Notes under the pieces: generated by a model | Told to the model about the DNA's origin: nothing | Seen by the model: only the letters and a program-made list of their open reading frames with translations | Database searches by the model: none | Program-made: the position numbers and the translations under genes | DNA from: Paramoeba atlantica | Lineage: Eukaryota > Protista > Discosea | NCBI GenBank assembly: GCA_977017575.1 | Contig: CDRNVI010000032.1 | Span: 124,001-188,000 of the forward strand | Reading direction: 5' to 3' | DNA: 64,000 bases | In this document: piece by piece, positions 62,109-64,000 of the stretch | How positions within the stretch are numbered: the stretch's first letter is position 1 | Layout of the letters: every line of letters starts with the position of its first letter

Positions 62109-64000
62109 CTAGTTTTCAAAAAAGCAGATGCTCGGCTTCGAAGTACGACACTTTTGCGCTGTAGCGAAATGTACATTATCATTTTCTACCACATCACGAT
62201 CGACAATATCAATGTGCGATACTGAGGTAAATTCCGCCAAAAATCCACGCTGTTCTAGTAGGGTTGCGTAATCGTTTACCGCAGGACAAAGCTTCTCTAC
62301 TTCATGTAAAATACTATTATCCCTAACATACGCTAGGAACGAGAGTGCATCTGCTACGTACTTAGATGTTTCGGCATGGTTTTTAAGGGGACTGGCATAT
62401 AGTTTTGCGACATCTCCATCAACAGCAAAAATTCCCTGTGTAACACCTTTTTCCTTTGATACTACAGTAAGAGCATGCCGCTGCCAGGAAGTGTAACACG
62501 AGGAAGCGAATATACGAACGGCATTGATTTTTGGACGCTTCTTTACCGCTTTCACTAAATTGCCTCGAATATCACACAAAGTATCCTGCAGTAGTTTCTG
62601 TGTCAGTTGCAACGCCAGACTGACTTTGGGGGCATCGGGCCATTGTACTCCAAAAGACTGAATTGATGGGAGCTTCCCGGGATATACCTCAACACAGTTT
62701 TGGTATATATGCTCTGCCGTATGGGGGGCTATAGGGCATAATAGTTTGGCCTGAACTTCCACATATCTGCGAGCAATGTCATGATGAAGTCCCTCAGCTC
62801 CGCAGTATAATTTCCATTCATCACGTGCGTTCGTCAGATCAAAAAACATGCAATGTAACACGTTTCGAAACTGCATATTCGTATACGCCTTCTCACATTC
62901 TACTATCGAGTGCGATATGTGATTGTCAAATATTTTATCAAAAAGGTTCCTTTTGCCGTCGCGCATCTTCTGCCTGGAACTGACAAAGTCCTCACAGAAA
63001 TCGATAATCTGGCCCAATTTCGAAATTATAGAAGGTAAATTGTTGGTAACAAAGTTAGGATCATCCAACGAATCACCCGCGTCGGCCAAAGCCAGTCGCG
63101 CAGCATCAGAAGTGTACTGATCAACAGTTTCCTTTAGGGTCCTAAAGTTACCTTTTGATTTGCTCATCTTTTCTTTGTTGACAAGGATGTGACCGTTACA
63201 ATAATATGCCCGAGGCCATAACTCTGGTTTGGTGGGCCAGACAGCGGCGTGATTATAAAGGCACATAGTTAAGTGATTCTGAATTAAATCTTTACCACTG
63301 ACTCGCAAATCTACAGGATACCAGTAAAGAAATTCTCTTCTCATGCGACGTAGGAGTGAACTTGGAATTCCACATTCAACAGGCTCGAATTCTCCAAAGA
63401 AAATGTAATTCCATACCTCGTTCGTCATGGACGACGCCTCAATGCCATAATCTGGAGAAGGACGTGATCCATCAATGTTATCCTCCCCATGCAACAAGTG
63501 GCATATGGTATAATACGCCATATAAATAGTGCTGTCCGAAAGAGAATCCACGAGATACTTCTCAGCCCCCGCGTACGGCAGTCGCGAGCCCAGACCAAAA
63601 GTTCGGCTACACGCCCAATCTCCCAACCACGACAGCGTCTCACAGAGACCATTTCGCACTGCGGGGCTGTAACATTCCATTGTTTGCGCGACATGGCGTT
63701 CTACAGCTTCTCTCCAACTCTCCTCCCCGTACCGGAGATACCACTGGTCGACCAGCGCCACCACGCATTCGTCTCCACTACGGGAGATGACCAACCCGTC
63801 GGGCTCGGAGTACGCAAGTGCCTGGCCACTTTCTGTCATCTCTTTCTTCGCCAGCATTTTAGCCGCGCTCACCGGTTTGCCACAGTACGGGCCTGTGATC
63901 ATAACCCCTCGATAGAAACCTTCACGATAGGTCATTTGCTTCGCGGCTAAAAGCTTCTCCGCGTCTTTTGGTCCACTGACTTGGTGGATAGCGCACGCCA
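62109..64000 (-). CDS. LARS1: Cytosolic leucyl-tRNA synthetase, 5' part outside the window
   Basis: DQWYLRYGEESW, WACSRTFGLG, SGKDLIQNHL, KMSKS; frame stays open to the window edge. Confidence 0.95.
   Translation of the reverse strand, partial: ACAIHQVSGPKDAEKLLAAKQMTYREGFYRGVMITGPYCGKPVSAAKMLAKKEMTESGQALAYSEPDGLVISRSGDECVVALVDQWYLRYGEESWREAVERHVAQTMECYSPAVRNGLCETLSWLGDWACSRTFGLGSRLPYAGAEKYLVDSLSDSTIYMAYYTICHLLHGEDNIDGSRPSPDYGIEASSMTNEVWNYIFFGEFEPVECGIPSSLLRRMRREFLYWYPVDLRVSGKDLIQNHLTMCLYNHAAVWPTKPELWPRAYYCNGHILVNKEKMSKSKGNFRTLKETVDQYTSDAARLALADAGDSLDDPNFVTNNLPSIISKLGQIIDFCEDFVSSRQKMRDGKRNLFDKIFDNHISHSIVECEKAYTNMQFRNVLHCMFFDLTNARDEWKLYCGAEGLHHDIARRYVEVQAKLLCPIAPHTAEHIYQNCVEVYPGKLPSIQSFGVQWPDAPKVSLALQLTQKLLQDTLCDIRGNLVKAVKKRPKINAVRIFASSCYTSWQRHALTVVSKEKGVTQGIFAVDGDVAKLYASPLKNHAETSKYVADALSFLAYVRDNSILHEVEKLCPAVNDYATLLEQRGFLAEFTSVSHIDIVDRDVVENDNVHFATAQKCRTSKPSICFFEN

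Noticed and set aside
1032-63935. Genome-wide stop-codon reassignment
   Set aside because: TAA, TAG and TGA all terminate conserved genes at expected positions (HSP78 TAA, KRR1 TAG, GPN3 TGA), TGG is used for Trp, and long conserved ORFs have no internal stops
1-64000. Spliced-leader RNA, rRNA or tRNA genes
   Set aside because: No SL mini-exon (AACTAACGCT..CAGTTTCTGTA), rRNA or tRNA signature found by eye on either strand; a covariance-model scan would be needed to be certain

Overview
Compact eukaryotic DNA carrying about 25 intron-less protein genes, all on the minus strand. That layout suggests a polycistronic unit, and together with 'GEIDLTRLP'-type LRR paralogues it suggests a kinetoplastid, possibly Perkinsela-like. 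The taxon is inferred and not proven. Housekeeping genes include NEMF/Rqc2, PPIL4-like, GPN3, RPC11, mitochondrial ClpB/Hsp78, APE1, DDX11/Chl1, CobW/ZNG1, Pol5/MYBBP1A-like, KRR1, VAMP7 and cytosolic LeuRS (cut by the window edge). Five dispersed LRR paralogues are present, two of them disrupted. AT-rich intergenic blocks are nests of cut-and-paste transposon derivatives: TA-duplicating Tc1/mariner- and pogo/Tc2-like MITEs (one three-level nest, two with empty-site proof inside the window), transposase remnants, and a Merlin (IS1595-like) element with intact TIRs and an 8-bp TSD. The most unusual signal is four roughly 0.7-1 kb GC-rich islands lying inside unrelated coding sequences. Each has the same strand-skew flip (C/A-rich left, G/T-rich right on the plus strand) and visibly bends the encoded proteins, making them candidate intragenic replication origins or bidirectional initiation regions. 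No tRNA, rRNA, SL RNA or CRISPR array was recognised.
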